DNA of 64,000 nt from a virus (Duplodnaviria > Heunggongvirae > Uroviricota > Caudoviricetes): the IMG/VR virus record IMGVR_UViG_2537561946_000006; one strand, 5' to 3'. Position numbers and translations under genes: made by a program. The notes under the pieces were generated by a model. The model was not told the origin of the DNA. It searched no databases and saw nothing but the letters and a program-made list of their open reading frames with translations. Positions within the stretch are counted from its first letter, which is position 1; the number at the start of each line of letters is the position of its first letter. Shown one piece after another: positions 19,265 to 28,223 of the stretch.

Positions 19265-20314
19265 ATGCTTAATACTGTAAAAATATCCAGTTGTGAGTTA
19301 ATCAACGCCGACTGCCTGGAATTTATGCGGTCGTTACCCGAAAATTCTGTTGACCTGATAGTCACGGACCCGCCGTACTTCAAAGTGAAACCCGAGGGCT
19401 GGGATAACCAGTGGGCGGGTGATGAAGATTACCTGAAGTGGCTGGACCAGTGTCTTGCGCAGTTCTGGCGGGTGCTGAAACCTGCCGGAAGTCTTTACCT
19501 GTTCTGTGGCCATCGTCTGGCATCTGACACCGAAATCATGATGCGTGAGCGGTTTAACGTGCTGAACCATATCATCTGGGCAAAGCCGTCCGGACGCTGG
19601 AACGGGTGCAACAAGGAAAGCCTGCGGGCGTATTTCCCCGCCACAGAGCGCATTCTGTTCGCAGAGCATTATCAGGGGCCGTATCGTCCGAAAGATGCCG
19701 GGTATGAGGCGAAGGGTAGGGCACTGAAACAGCATGTGATGGCCCCGCTGATTGCTTACTTTCGTGATGCGCGCGCTGTCCTGGGGATAACGGCAAAACA
19801 GATTGCAGATGCCACAGGAAAGAAAAACATGGTGTCGCACTGGTTCAGTGCCGGTCAGTGGCAGCTGCCGAACGAAAGCGATTATCTGAAATTACAGGCA
19901 CTGTTTGCCCGGGTGGCAGAAGAGAAGCATCAGCGGGGTGAACTGGAAAAGCCCCACCACCAGCTGGTGGATACGTATGCCTCTCTGAACCGACAGTATG
20001 CGGAGCTGCAGAGTGAATATAAGCATCTGCGGCGGTATTTTGGTGTGACGGCGCAGGTGCCGTACACGGATGTGTGGACACATAAACCGGTGCAGTTCTA
20101 TCCCGGGAAACATCCGTGCGAAAAACCGGCAGAAATGCTGCAGCAGATAATCAGCGCAAGCAGTCGTCCGGGTGACCTGGTTGCAGATTTTTTTATGGGC
20201 TCAGGTTCAACGGTAAAAGCGGCACTGGCGCTCGGGCGTCGTGCAATTGGCGTTGAGCTGGAGACTGAACGTTTTGAGCAGACAGTCAGGGAAGTTCAGG
20301 ATTTAATCGTTTGA
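19265..20314 (+). CDS. N6-adenine/N4-cytosine DNA methyltransferase (orphan, phage)
   Basis: IVTDPPYF motif; 349 aa; sits between Q and phage tRNAs. Confidence 0.85.
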   Translation: MLNTVKISSCELINADCLEFMRSLPENSVDLIVTDPPYFKVKPEGWDNQWAGDEDYLKWLDQCLAQFWRVLKPAGSLYLFCGHRLASDTEIMMRERFNVLNHIIWAKPSGRWNGCNKESLRAYFPATERILFAEHYQGPYRPKDAGYEAKGRALKQHVMAPLIAYFRDARAVLGITAKQIADATGKKNMVSHWFSAGQWQLPNESDYLKLQALFARVAEEKHQRGELEKPHHQLVDTYASLNRQYAELQSEYKHLRRYFGVTAQVPYTDVWTHKPVQFYPGKHPCEKPAEMLQQIISASSRPGDLVADFFMGSGSTVKAALALGRRAIGVELETERFEQTVREVQDLIV

Positions 20315-20363
20315 AACGGATGAGATTGCAGAATTAATTTCGCACCATTATTATTCTGGTCCC

Positions 20364-20439
20364 GGCCCTTTAGCTCAGTGGTGAGAGCGAGCGACTCATA
20401 ATCGCCAGGTCGCTGGTTCAAATCCAGCAAGGGCCACCA
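20364..20439 (+). tRNA. tRNA anticodon CAU (Ile2/Met-type, ileZ-like)
   Basis: GGCCCTTTAGCTCAGTGG...ACTCATAATCG...GGTTCAAATCC...AAGGGCCACCA, 76 nt. Confidence 0.9.
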
Positions 20440-20539
20440 TCACATACCGCCATTAGCTTATCAGGAAGAGCAGACGACACCATAACAGGGTTGTTGGTGC
20501 GGGGGCGGGTCCCCGATGGCGGTCCATTATCGGTATTCT

Positions 20540-20616
20540 GCGTTGTTAGCTCAGCCGGACAGAGCAATTGCCTTCTAAGCAATCGGTCAGTGGTTCGACT
20601 CCACTACAACGCGCCA
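20540..20616 (+). tRNA. tRNA-Arg anticodon UCU (argN/argO-like)
   Basis: GCGTTGTTAGCTCAGCC...CCTTCTAAGC...GGTTCGACTCC...ACAACGCGCCA, 77 nt. Confidence 0.9.
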
Positions 20617-20785
20617 CACTTATTTTCCAGGCTCGCTTCGGCGGGCCTTTTTTGTATCTGCGCCACGCCCGGTGCATATCAACCACAGAGCCTTTCGGGG
20701 GTGAGCTTACGGAGTGGTCAGTGTGACTTTCTCTGTGGGCAGATCGCTCCCGGGCGTTGGCTCACCCACCCAAAGGAACGTCACG

Positions 20786-21218
20786 ATGTTTGGTATTTTT
20801 GGTAAAAAAAGCCCGCAGAGCGGCAACGGAAATTAAAAAGTTTGAAAAACGCGATCTGGCACAGGTGGTGATTAACGCCGCATACCTGGTGGCCTGTGCA
20901 GATGGTGAATGTGAGGCTTCCTAGAAAGCGAAGATCGAACAGGTACTGCGTAATCAGCCTGCGCTGTCCGCGTTTACGTCAGAAATTAATGCGATTAGCG
21001 CAACCATTATCGGTCAGCTGGATACGAACTTTAAAATTGGTCGTCGTGCGGCGTTACGTGAGATCGAGGATGTGAAACACGATACGCGTGAAGCGGAAGA
21101 TGTGCTGGATGTGGCGGTGGCCATTGCGGAGGCAGACGGCGAAATTGAGCCGGAAGAGCGCAAGGTGCTGGAAGAGATTGCCGGTGTTCTGGGTCTTCGT
21201 CTGGAGAATCACCTGTGA
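20786..21218 (+). pseudogene. TerB-like domain gene disrupted by frameshift in an A7 run and an in-frame TAG
   Basis: ATG at 20786 stops at 20834; shifting one base in AAAAAAA at 20804-20810 gives MFGIFGKKARRAATEIKKFEKRDLAQVVINAAYLVACADGECEAS-TAG-KAKIEQ...AVAIAEADGEIEPEERKVLEEIAGVLGL. Confidence 0.5.
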
Positions 21219-21382
21219 CGGTAAAACTGCGCCTGACTGTGGCTGCACTCCTGCTGTTTCTGGTGGTGATGGTGGATTTCACCAGCAGAATCATGTCGGT
21301 GCTGGCGGATGGGGTGCTGGTCTGCGGCATTGTGGTATTGCTGTGGCCGGTGATAAAAAGAAACAGCCTGCATAATGCTTGA
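21215..21382 (+). CDS. small hydrophobic protein (GTG start), possible
   Basis: VTVKLRLTVAALLLFLVVMVDFTSRIMSVLADGVLVCGIVVLLWPVIKRNSLHNA, 55 aa. Confidence 0.3.
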   Translation: MTVKLRLTVAALLLFLVVMVDFTSRIMSVLADGVLVCGIVVLLWPVIKRNSLHNA

Positions 21383-21696
21383 TTTTTTTGTTTGCTGTTT
21401 ATTAAAAACACTTCTGCATGGTGAATCCCCCTGTGCGGAGGGGCAATCAGCGAGTAGGTATATGGGATAATCGCGGATTCAGGTGCTGGTACTGAATTCA
21501 CCGGGAGGCACCCGGCACCATGCTTTGCCACAAAAGTGTTATTTCTGTTTTTCTCAAACTATCATCGTTATCCCTTTATTTCCGGCTGCGCATGGCGCGG
21601 CCTTTTTTTTACGACCAGCCACTGGCAGATGGTCATCCTGTGATTTGATTCCGGTTCCGGCTTTTTAACTCTGTTCCTGTACACGGGAGAAATTCG

Positions 21697-23547
21697 ATGT
21701 CGATTAAACATTATGATGTTGTCAGGGCGGCGTCGCCGTCAGACCTTGCGGAAAAGCTGACACACAAACTGAAAGAGGGCTGGCAGCCGTTTGGTAGTCC
21801 GGTGGCCATAACCCCTTATACCCTGATGCAGGCGATTGCAGCAGAAGGTGATGTGGTGGTCAGTGGTGCAACTGAGCCGGATTGGTACTACGTCATCGTA
21901 CTGGCCGGGCAGTCCAATGCAATGGCTTACGGGGAAGGGCTTCCGCTTCCGGATTCATACGATGCTCCGGATCCGCGCATTAAACAGCTGGCGCGCCGCA
22001 GTACAGTTACGCCGGGTGGGGCTGCCTGCAGATATAACGATATTATTCCGGCCGACCACTGCCTGCATGATGTGCAGGATATGAGTACGCTGAATCATCC
22101 GAAGGCAGACCTGAGCAAAGGGCAGTACGGCTGTGTCGGCCAGGGCTTACATATTGCCAAAAAACTGCTTCCGTATATCCCGAATAACGCGGGGATCCTG
22201 CTGGTACCATGCTGTCGTGGTGGTTCTGCATTCACCCAGGGCGCTGAGGGGACATTCAGTGCGGACACGGGGGCCAGCCAGGATTCGGCACGCTGGGGTG
22301 TGGGTAAACCGTTATATCAGGACCTGATTGCGCGCACTAAAGCTGCATTACAGAAGAACCCGAAAAATGTGTTGCTGGCGGTGTGCTGGATGCAGGGAGA
22401 GTTTGACATGAGCGCCGCCACCCACGCACAGCAACCTGCGCTGTTTACAGCCATGCTGACACAGTTTCGTGCTGACCTCTCCGTGTTTAACGCGCAGTGC
22501 CATGGTGGCAGTGCTGCAGATGTGCCGTGGATTTGTGGTGACACGACGTATTACTGGAAAAATACATACGCTACCCAGTACGACACCGTGTACGGCGGGT
22601 ATAAAAACAGGGAGAGTGAGGGCGTTTATTTTGTGCCCTTCATGACAGACGGTAACGGCGTCAATACCGCCACTAACGCGCCGGCAGAAGATCCGGATAT
22701 TCCGGCATCAGGATATTACGGTGCGGCATCGAGAACGAATGGAAACCAGGTATCATCAAACCGCCCGACACATTTCAGTTCATGGGCGCGCAGGAGCATT
22801 ATTCCGGATCGTCTGGCAACCGCTATTCTGAACGCAGCCGGGCGCACCTCAGCCTTCATCAGTGGTAAGGCACCGGAAATCAAACCCTCGCCCGGCGGCA
22901 ACACGCCATCGGGTCCGTCTGCAGATACGTCCGTTCGCACAATCTCCCTGCTGCCGGCAGCCGGAGAGGCTGCTGCGCAGGGCTGGAGCATTAAGGATGG
23001 CGGAATTCAGTTGTCAGATGGTGTATTTAAGATCACCAAGCAGAGCAATAAAACCTGGTCCCTGACGCATCCGGTGGATGACGCAATTACCCTGCTGACA
23101 CAGGGCGGCAGACTGACCTGTAAGTTCCGCCTGTCAGGCGCACTGACCAACAATCAGTTCGGGCTGGGGATTTATCTGTATACGGATGCTCCCGTTCCTG
23201 ATGGTGTGGCGATGACGGGTACCGGTAATCCGTTCCTGATGTCGTACTTCACTCAGACCACTGACGGCAGAGTGAATCTGATGCATCACAGGAAAGCCGG
23301 AAACACGAAGCTGGGGGAGTTCGGCGATTACGGTAACGACTGGCAGACGCTGGAGCTGGTGTTCACCGCCGGCAGTGCCACGGTTACTCCGAAACTGAAT
23401 GGAGTGGCTGGCCCGGCATTCCAGGTTATAAAAGACAGTCTGACACTGGGACTGAATGCGCTGACGCTGACGGATGTTACAAAAAATGCAGCGTATGGCG
23501 TTGAGATAGAAAGTCTGGTGCTGGAGATAAATGCACCGGCAGCATAA
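21697..23547 (+). CDS. nanS-p: prophage sialate O-acetylesterase (NanS-p type, SGNH hydrolase)
   Basis: 616 aa; VLAGQSNAMAYGEG block; position between stx-slot and lysis genes. Confidence 0.8.
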   Translation: MSIKHYDVVRAASPSDLAEKLTHKLKEGWQPFGSPVAITPYTLMQAIAAEGDVVVSGATEPDWYYVIVLAGQSNAMAYGEGLPLPDSYDAPDPRIKQLARRSTVTPGGAACRYNDIIPADHCLHDVQDMSTLNHPKADLSKGQYGCVGQGLHIAKKLLPYIPNNAGILLVPCCRGGSAFTQGAEGTFSADTGASQDSARWGVGKPLYQDLIARTKAALQKNPKNVLLAVCWMQGEFDMSAATHAQQPALFTAMLTQFRADLSVFNAQCHGGSAADVPWICGDTTYYWKNTYATQYDTVYGGYKNRESEGVYFVPFMTDGNGVNTATNAPAEDPDIPASGYYGAASRTNGNQVSSNRPTHFSSWARRSIIPDRLATAILNAAGRTSAFISGKAPEIKPSPGGNTPSGPSADTSVRTISLLPAAGEAAAQGWSIKDGGIQLSDGVFKITKQSNKTWSLTHPVDDAITLLTQGGRLTCKFRLSGALTNNQFGLGIYLYTDAPVPDGVAMTGTGNPFLMSYFTQTTDGRVNLMHHRKAGNTKLGEFGDYGNDWQTLELVFTAGSATVTPKLNGVAGPAFQVIKDSLTLGLNALTLTDVTKNAAYGVEIESLVLEINAPAA

Positions 23548-23994
23548 TAAAAAAAGAGCCAGCGACTGACCTGAAAGAAGACGCTGGCTAAAAGGCCTTA
23601 TATGTTTGTAGAGACTTATTTTTCACAGACAGCAATGATGCCTGTCAATATATTATCAATATGCGGATTGTTTCAGTTACAGATGCTTTATTAAGGAAAA
23701 AAACAGCCAGCACTGACTTTCGGTGGAGAGGTGCTGGCTCAGAAGGATAGTTGGATTTCACATGATACTTATGCCTGGCGGTATATTTTCTGACAGACAG
23801 TGACGGGTGTTGTCAAGATATTGTGTCATTTATAACCTGAATCAGGGGAGGCCGGAATGTTATCTGGCATTTTTAGCAGAGCCTGAATGCCATAATCACG
23901 GCTCCCGGAGTTGGCCGTCAGTGGGTGACACTGGCGGTTTTTTTGTTTTTCTTTACTTTCATTTTCTGTCGGCGGTGACGGAGACATACATCAG

Positions 23995-24201
23995 ATGGAA
24001 AAAATCACAACGGGTGTGTCATACACCACGTCAGCGGTGGGGACGGGATACTGGTTACTGCAGCTGCTGGACAAAGTCTCTCCGTCCCAGTGGGTGGCAA
24101 TCGGTGTGCTGGGGAGTCTGCTGTTTGGCCTGCTGACGTATCTGACTAACCTTTATTTCAAGATTAAAGAAGATAAGCGTAAGGTGGCGCGGGGAGAGTA
24201 G
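23995..24201 (+). CDS. S: pinholin (phage 21 S-type)
   Basis: 68 aa, ...[36 protein letters not shown] closely matches recalled S21. Confidence 0.85.
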   Translation: MEKITTGVSYTTSAVGTGYWLLQLLDKVSPSQWVAIGVLGSLLFGLLTYLTNLYFKIKEDKRKVARGE

Positions 24202-24456
24202 TCGATGAATAAACAATACGAACTGGTTGTAAAATGAATATTTCTAACTGAAAAAACGTTCCATGAGGTAAGAAAAGGTCACAGGCAATCAATAACAGGA
24301 CGTGATGAAAGACCCTTGCATTTGTGCGCTTTCTCTTTAGATAGCAGCAGATACTGAAAATCTGAGTTGTCGGGGAGTCAGGGATACAGCTGTGCAAGAG
24401 TTGGTCATTGTGATTCCATTGAAATCCTGTATGCCATGAAGGGCAGGATTTTATGG

Positions 24457-24771
24457 CTACCTGAGCTTTGGTGATAGTAAGTTGAAAATTCGCATTTTTT
24501 GCTGACATGCGTAACGAGAATCCCATAAGCAGGGAGGACTTAATTCTTCATTAACCCATGCGTTGATATTATGTTTCAGCCGTTGAAGCATCAGCGGTGT
24601 TAATGTTGTGGTAATAATATCCAGCGTTTTATGTGAGATCTTACCGTAAGGGTCTGCAAGAATGCTGCTTGTTGCTTCGTTATTATCTGCCATCAGAAGA
24701 AGTAACTCTGATTTAACGTTTTCTGTCATTAGTTGTAAAAATCTTCTGCGCAAACTTTCTTTACTGTTCAT
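24457..24771 (-). CDS. hypothetical protein in AT-rich insert between holin and endolysin
   Basis: 104 aa minus-strand ORF; region 24202-24888 is AT-rich and absent from the canonical S-R junction. Confidence 0.35.
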   Translation of the reverse strand: MNSKESLRRRFLQLMTENVKSELLLLMADNNEATSSILADPYGKISHKTLDIITTTLTPLMLQRLKHNINAWVNEELSPPCLWDSRYACQQKMRIFNLLSPKLR

Positions 24772-24888
24772 TTATATGGCTTCATTTGTTGTAATCTGCT
24801 GCGTCTCAAGGGATATGTTTATGAGAGCGACCATGAGTGTTGGATTATATACCTAACATATCAAGGGATTAGAAATCGATAAATCCCC

Positions 24889-25422
24889 ATGAACGAAAAA
24901 ATAAAATACGGCCTGTCGGCTGCCGTTCTGGCGCTGATTGGTGCAGGTGCTTCTGCGCCTGAAATCCTCGACCAGTTTCTGGATGAAAAGGAAGGTAACC
25001 ACACCACGGCATACCGTGATGGTGCGGGGATCTGGACCATCTGCCGTGGTGCCATTCTGGTGGATGGTAAGCCTGTTATTCCTGGCATGAAGCTGTCAAA
25101 GGAAAAATGCGACCGGGTTAATGCCATCGAACGTGACAAGGCTCTGGCATGGGTGGAGAAAAACATCCGGGTGCCGCTGACCGAACCCCAGAAAGCGGGG
25201 ATCGCGTCATTCTGTCCGTACAACATTGGCCCCGGTAAGTGCTTCCCGTCGACGTTTTATAAACGAATTAATGCAGGCGATCGAAAAGGTGCCTGTGAGG
25301 CGATTCGCTGGTGGATTAAGGACGGTGGCAGAGACTGCCGTATCCGTTCAAATAATTGCTACGGTCAGGTCTCACGGCGTGACCAGGAGAGCGCGCTGGC
25401 GTGCTGGGACATCGACAGATAG
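24889..25422 (+). CDS. R: signal-anchor-release endolysin (T4-type lysozyme fold)
   Basis: 177 aa, N-terminal hydrophobic SAR segment YGLSAAVLALIGAGASA, lysozyme block EGNHTTAYRDGAGIWTICRG. Confidence 0.9.
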   Translation: MNEKIKYGLSAAVLALIGAGASAPEILDQFLDEKEGNHTTAYRDGAGIWTICRGAILVDGKPVIPGMKLSKEKCDRVNAIERDKALAWVEKNIRVPLTEPQKAGIASFCPYNIGPGKCFPSTFYKRINAGDRKGACEAIRWWIKDGGRDCRIRSNNCYGQVSRRDQESALACWDIDR

Positions 25423-25757
25423 CAGAATATTTTCCTGAAAAATGACGTTGGCCAACGCGGGTGGATAACACGAAATCCTGAAAACTGGTAAAACCTAAGT
25501 GAATAAAAGTAAAAACCCCGTTTGTTGGCAGCAAGCGGGGTTTTGTGTTTTCTGACCTTGAGTAAGGCAAGGGAGAAATTATGGGTAGGGAGGTACTTTC
25601 CCTGTGAGGAAGTATAAAAGATTCTTTCTGAGGTTGTCCATTATGAAAGGCATTGAAGTGGAGACGCCAGCCAGTCTGGATTTAACAAGAGCGGCAGCTT
25701 TTGCCATTCGTATTGTGGCCATTGCTGTTCTGGTCTGGGCAATCCGTTGGTGGTGAT

Positions 25758-26225
25758 ATGAACCGTGTTCTGTGCGTGGTTATCATTGTCCTGCTGGTGG
25801 CCTGTGGTGCGCTTAGTCTGGGGCTGAATCATTACCGTGATCACGCCATCATCTACAAAGAGCAGCGCGATAAAAAAGCCAGTGAGCTGGAGCTGGCGAA
25901 CGCGACAATTACTGATATGCAGATACGCCAGCGTGATGTCGCTGCACTTGATGCCAGATACTCGAGGGAATTAGCCGATGCGAGAGCTGAAAATGAAACT
26001 CTGCGTGCTGATGTTGCCGCTGGTCGTAAGCGCCTGCGGATCAACGCCACCTGCTCCGGTACCGTGCGTGAAGCCACCGGCACCTCCGGCGTGGATAATG
26101 CAACCGGCCCCCGACTGGCAGACACCGCTGAACGGGATTATTTCATCCTCAGAGAACGGCTGATGGCAATGCAGAAGCAACTGGAAGGAGCACAGGAATA
26201 TATCCGTACCCAGTGTATACCGTGA
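25758..26225 (+). CDS. Rz: Rz i-spanin
   Basis: ATG at 25758, N-terminal TM, coiled-coil; Rz1 embedded in +1 frame. Confidence 0.8.
   Translation: MNRVLCVVIIVLLVACGALSLGLNHYRDHAIIYKEQRDKKASELELANATITDMQIRQRDVAALDARYSRELADARAENETLRADVAAGRKRLRINATCSGTVREATGTSGVDNATGPRLADTAERDYFILRERLMAMQKQLEGAQEYIRTQCIP
25993..26163 (+). CDS. Rz1: Rz1 o-spanin lipoprotein (embedded)
   Basis: MKLCVLMLPLVVSACGSTPPAP... lipobox VVSAC, Pro-rich. Confidence 0.7.
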   Translation: MKLCVLMLPLVVSACGSTPPAPVPCVKPPAPPAWIMQPAPDWQTPLNGIISSSENG

Positions 26226-26690
26226 TGTTTTGTTATGAAGGTGTTACTGGTAACGTTAAGGTAATTTAACAAAGAGTCAGTTCCGGACTTTATAGTGTGC
26301 TCAGTTCATGGCCAAAAACGATTTCTGTGATAAATATTTTGAATATTATTTACAGGTAAATGGAGTGGGGCACATGGATAGAAATATTACAATAGAGAAT
26401 GAAGTATATGCCCGTATTGTATGGGCAGAGAAGGCAAAAACACGGTAATTCCGTGTGTTGCCATGATACCTGATTGGCAGAATAGTTGTTTGGTTTTGAG
26501 TATATAGTCAGCGTTTTTTGTTCAGTAATTGCTCCCTCAAAAAATAATAAAATAAGGTGATTATTTTTGTTTATTATTTAGTTTTTTTTGTGTGTTGTTT
26601 TATTGTTTTTGCGTGGCTTGTTTTTTATTGTTATTTCATTAAGGGAAGGTAAATTCAGGATGGCAGTCTGTAGATAATCGGAGGTCACTT

Positions 26691-27005
26691 ATGCTACATG
26701 ATCACGTGGCAGAATGTCTGGAGAAAAAAGGACTGTACCGGAGAGCAGCTGAACGATGGGCAAAAGTGATGGTACAGCTAAGTGATGACCAGAAAAGAAA
26801 AGTGGCGGCACAGAAACGAGCAGAGTGTTTGCGTAAGGCGCGCCGGACTCCGGTTTCACCGGTGAACCTGACCGAAATAAAACAAGCGGTCAACAGACTA
26901 CATTCTGAGTTGGGAATGGGATTTGAAGAGCGGCGGGTATTCCGACGATATAAAGGGACAGGAGAACAGAATACGTCCGGAAACGCGCGGTCAAAAAAAT
27001 GCTAA
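26691..27005 (+). CDS. pch: PerC-family transcriptional activator (Pch-like)
   Basis: MLHDHVAECLEKKGLYRRAAERWAKVMVQLSDDQKR... matches recalled PerC/Pch; long AT-rich upstream region. Confidence 0.8.
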   Translation: MLHDHVAECLEKKGLYRRAAERWAKVMVQLSDDQKRKVAAQKRAECLRKARRTPVSPVNLTEIKQAVNRLHSELGMGFEERRVFRRYKGTGEQNTSGNARSKKC

Positions 27006-27086
27006 AAAATATCTGAGAGAGTTATTGCCTGTTACCATAAGAAAAAGCGACTTTAGTGGTCGCTTTTTGTGTCATATATAAGTCGT

Positions 27087-27311
27087 TTAAGTAAACCTGT
27101 CTGAACAGGTGCTCTGGTCGTGTTTGTCTTTGTTGGGTACAAATTGAGAATATTTTTCATTAATTAATCTTCTTCTGCAGGCTTCAATAACCCACGCTGA
27201 AAAATTACCTGAACCTTTCAGGTCAAGAGCGATGTTAATTTGTTCAATTATCTGGTTTGGAAATCGGATGTTGCGGGTTGTTGTTCTGCGGGTTCTGTTC
27301 TTTGATGACAT
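27087..27311 (-). CDS. hypothetical small DNA-binding-like protein
   Basis: 74 aa, basic N-terminus; unassigned. Confidence 0.3.
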   Translation of the reverse strand: MSSKNRTRRTTTRNIRFPNQIIEQINIALDLKGSGNFSAWVIEACRRRLINEKYSQFVPNKDKHDQSTCSDRFT

Positions 27312-27518
27312 AATGTTGCCCCGTATTCAGTGTTGCTGATTTGTATTATCTGAAGTTGCTTTTACGCTAATTTGATGCAGATCAATTAATACGATACCTG
27401 CGTAATAATTGATTATTTCTCGTGGTTTGATGGCGTACACACATGTCGTGATAAACCTCATGTAGATGATAATTATTATCATTTTCGTGGGTCCTTTCCG
27501 GCGATCCGACAGGTTACG

Positions 27519-27530
27519 GGGCGGCGACCT
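27519..27530. other. cosN cohesive-end site with cosB to the right
   Basis: GGGCGGCGACCTCGCGGGTTTTCGCTATTTATGAAAATTTTCCGG identical to the lambda left-end sequence. Confidence 0.85.
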
Positions 27531-27713
27531 CGCGGGTTTTCGCTATTTATGAAAATTTTCCGGGATCCATGTCCGGTTTCTCTTCAAGTTAACTATATGA
27601 AAAATATAAAAACAGGTCTTCTGTGAACCGGACATGAACAAAAAACAGACATGTAAACCGGACATGACCGGTTTTGTTGTGATTGTGAGGTGAGAGTTTT
27701 TGCGAGGTGAGGA

Positions 27714-28223
27714 GTGGCTACGCAGACTGAAGTTGCCAGGCATTTAAGTCTGACCGATCGCCAGCTTCGTAGATTGCAGAAATTGCCGGGTGCCCCGATA
27801 TCGAATAAGCGAGGGCAACTGGATCTGGATGCCTGGCGCGATTTTTACATATCGTATCTGAGGAGAAGTAAAAACGATGTGCCTGATGGCGATAGCGAAG
27901 ACGACTATGAGGAGAAATTGCTTATTGCCAGATGGGAACTGACAGCAGAACAGGCTGTTACACAGCAGTTAAAAAATGAGGTGTCAAAAGGAAAACTTAT
28001 TGACACCGGGTTCTGTATTTTTGCCCTCAGTAAGCTGGCAATGGCGTTATCCAGTACGCTTGATTCCATCCCTTTATCCATGCAGCGACAGTTTCCTGAT
28101 TTAACACCGCGCCATCTTGACCATCTGAAAACCCTTATTGCTAAGGGGGCAAATCAGTGTGCGCGGGCAGGGGATAAATTACCGGATTTACTCGATGAAT
28201 ATATCAGAGCTACAACTGAATAA
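27714..28223 (+). CDS. nu1: terminase small subunit
   Basis: GTG start after GAGGTGAGGA; C-terminal half aligns with lambda Nu1. Confidence 0.85.
   Translation: MATQTEVARHLSLTDRQLRRLQKLPGAPISNKRGQLDLDAWRDFYISYLRRSKNDVPDGDSEDDYEEKLLIARWELTAEQAVTQQLKNEVSKGKLIDTGFCIFALSKLAMALSSTLDSIPLSMQRQFPDLTPRHLDHLKTLIAKGANQCARAGDKLPDLLDEYIRATTE

Noticed and set aside
21031-21531. 166-aa minus-strand ORF
   Set aside because: Antisense to the TerB-like region; no start context; composition of a wrong frame.
20617-21696. Shiga toxin genes in the slot after the phage tRNAs
   Set aside because: No ORF resembling StxA or StxB; the slot holds a TerB-like pseudogene and a small hydrophobic ORF.
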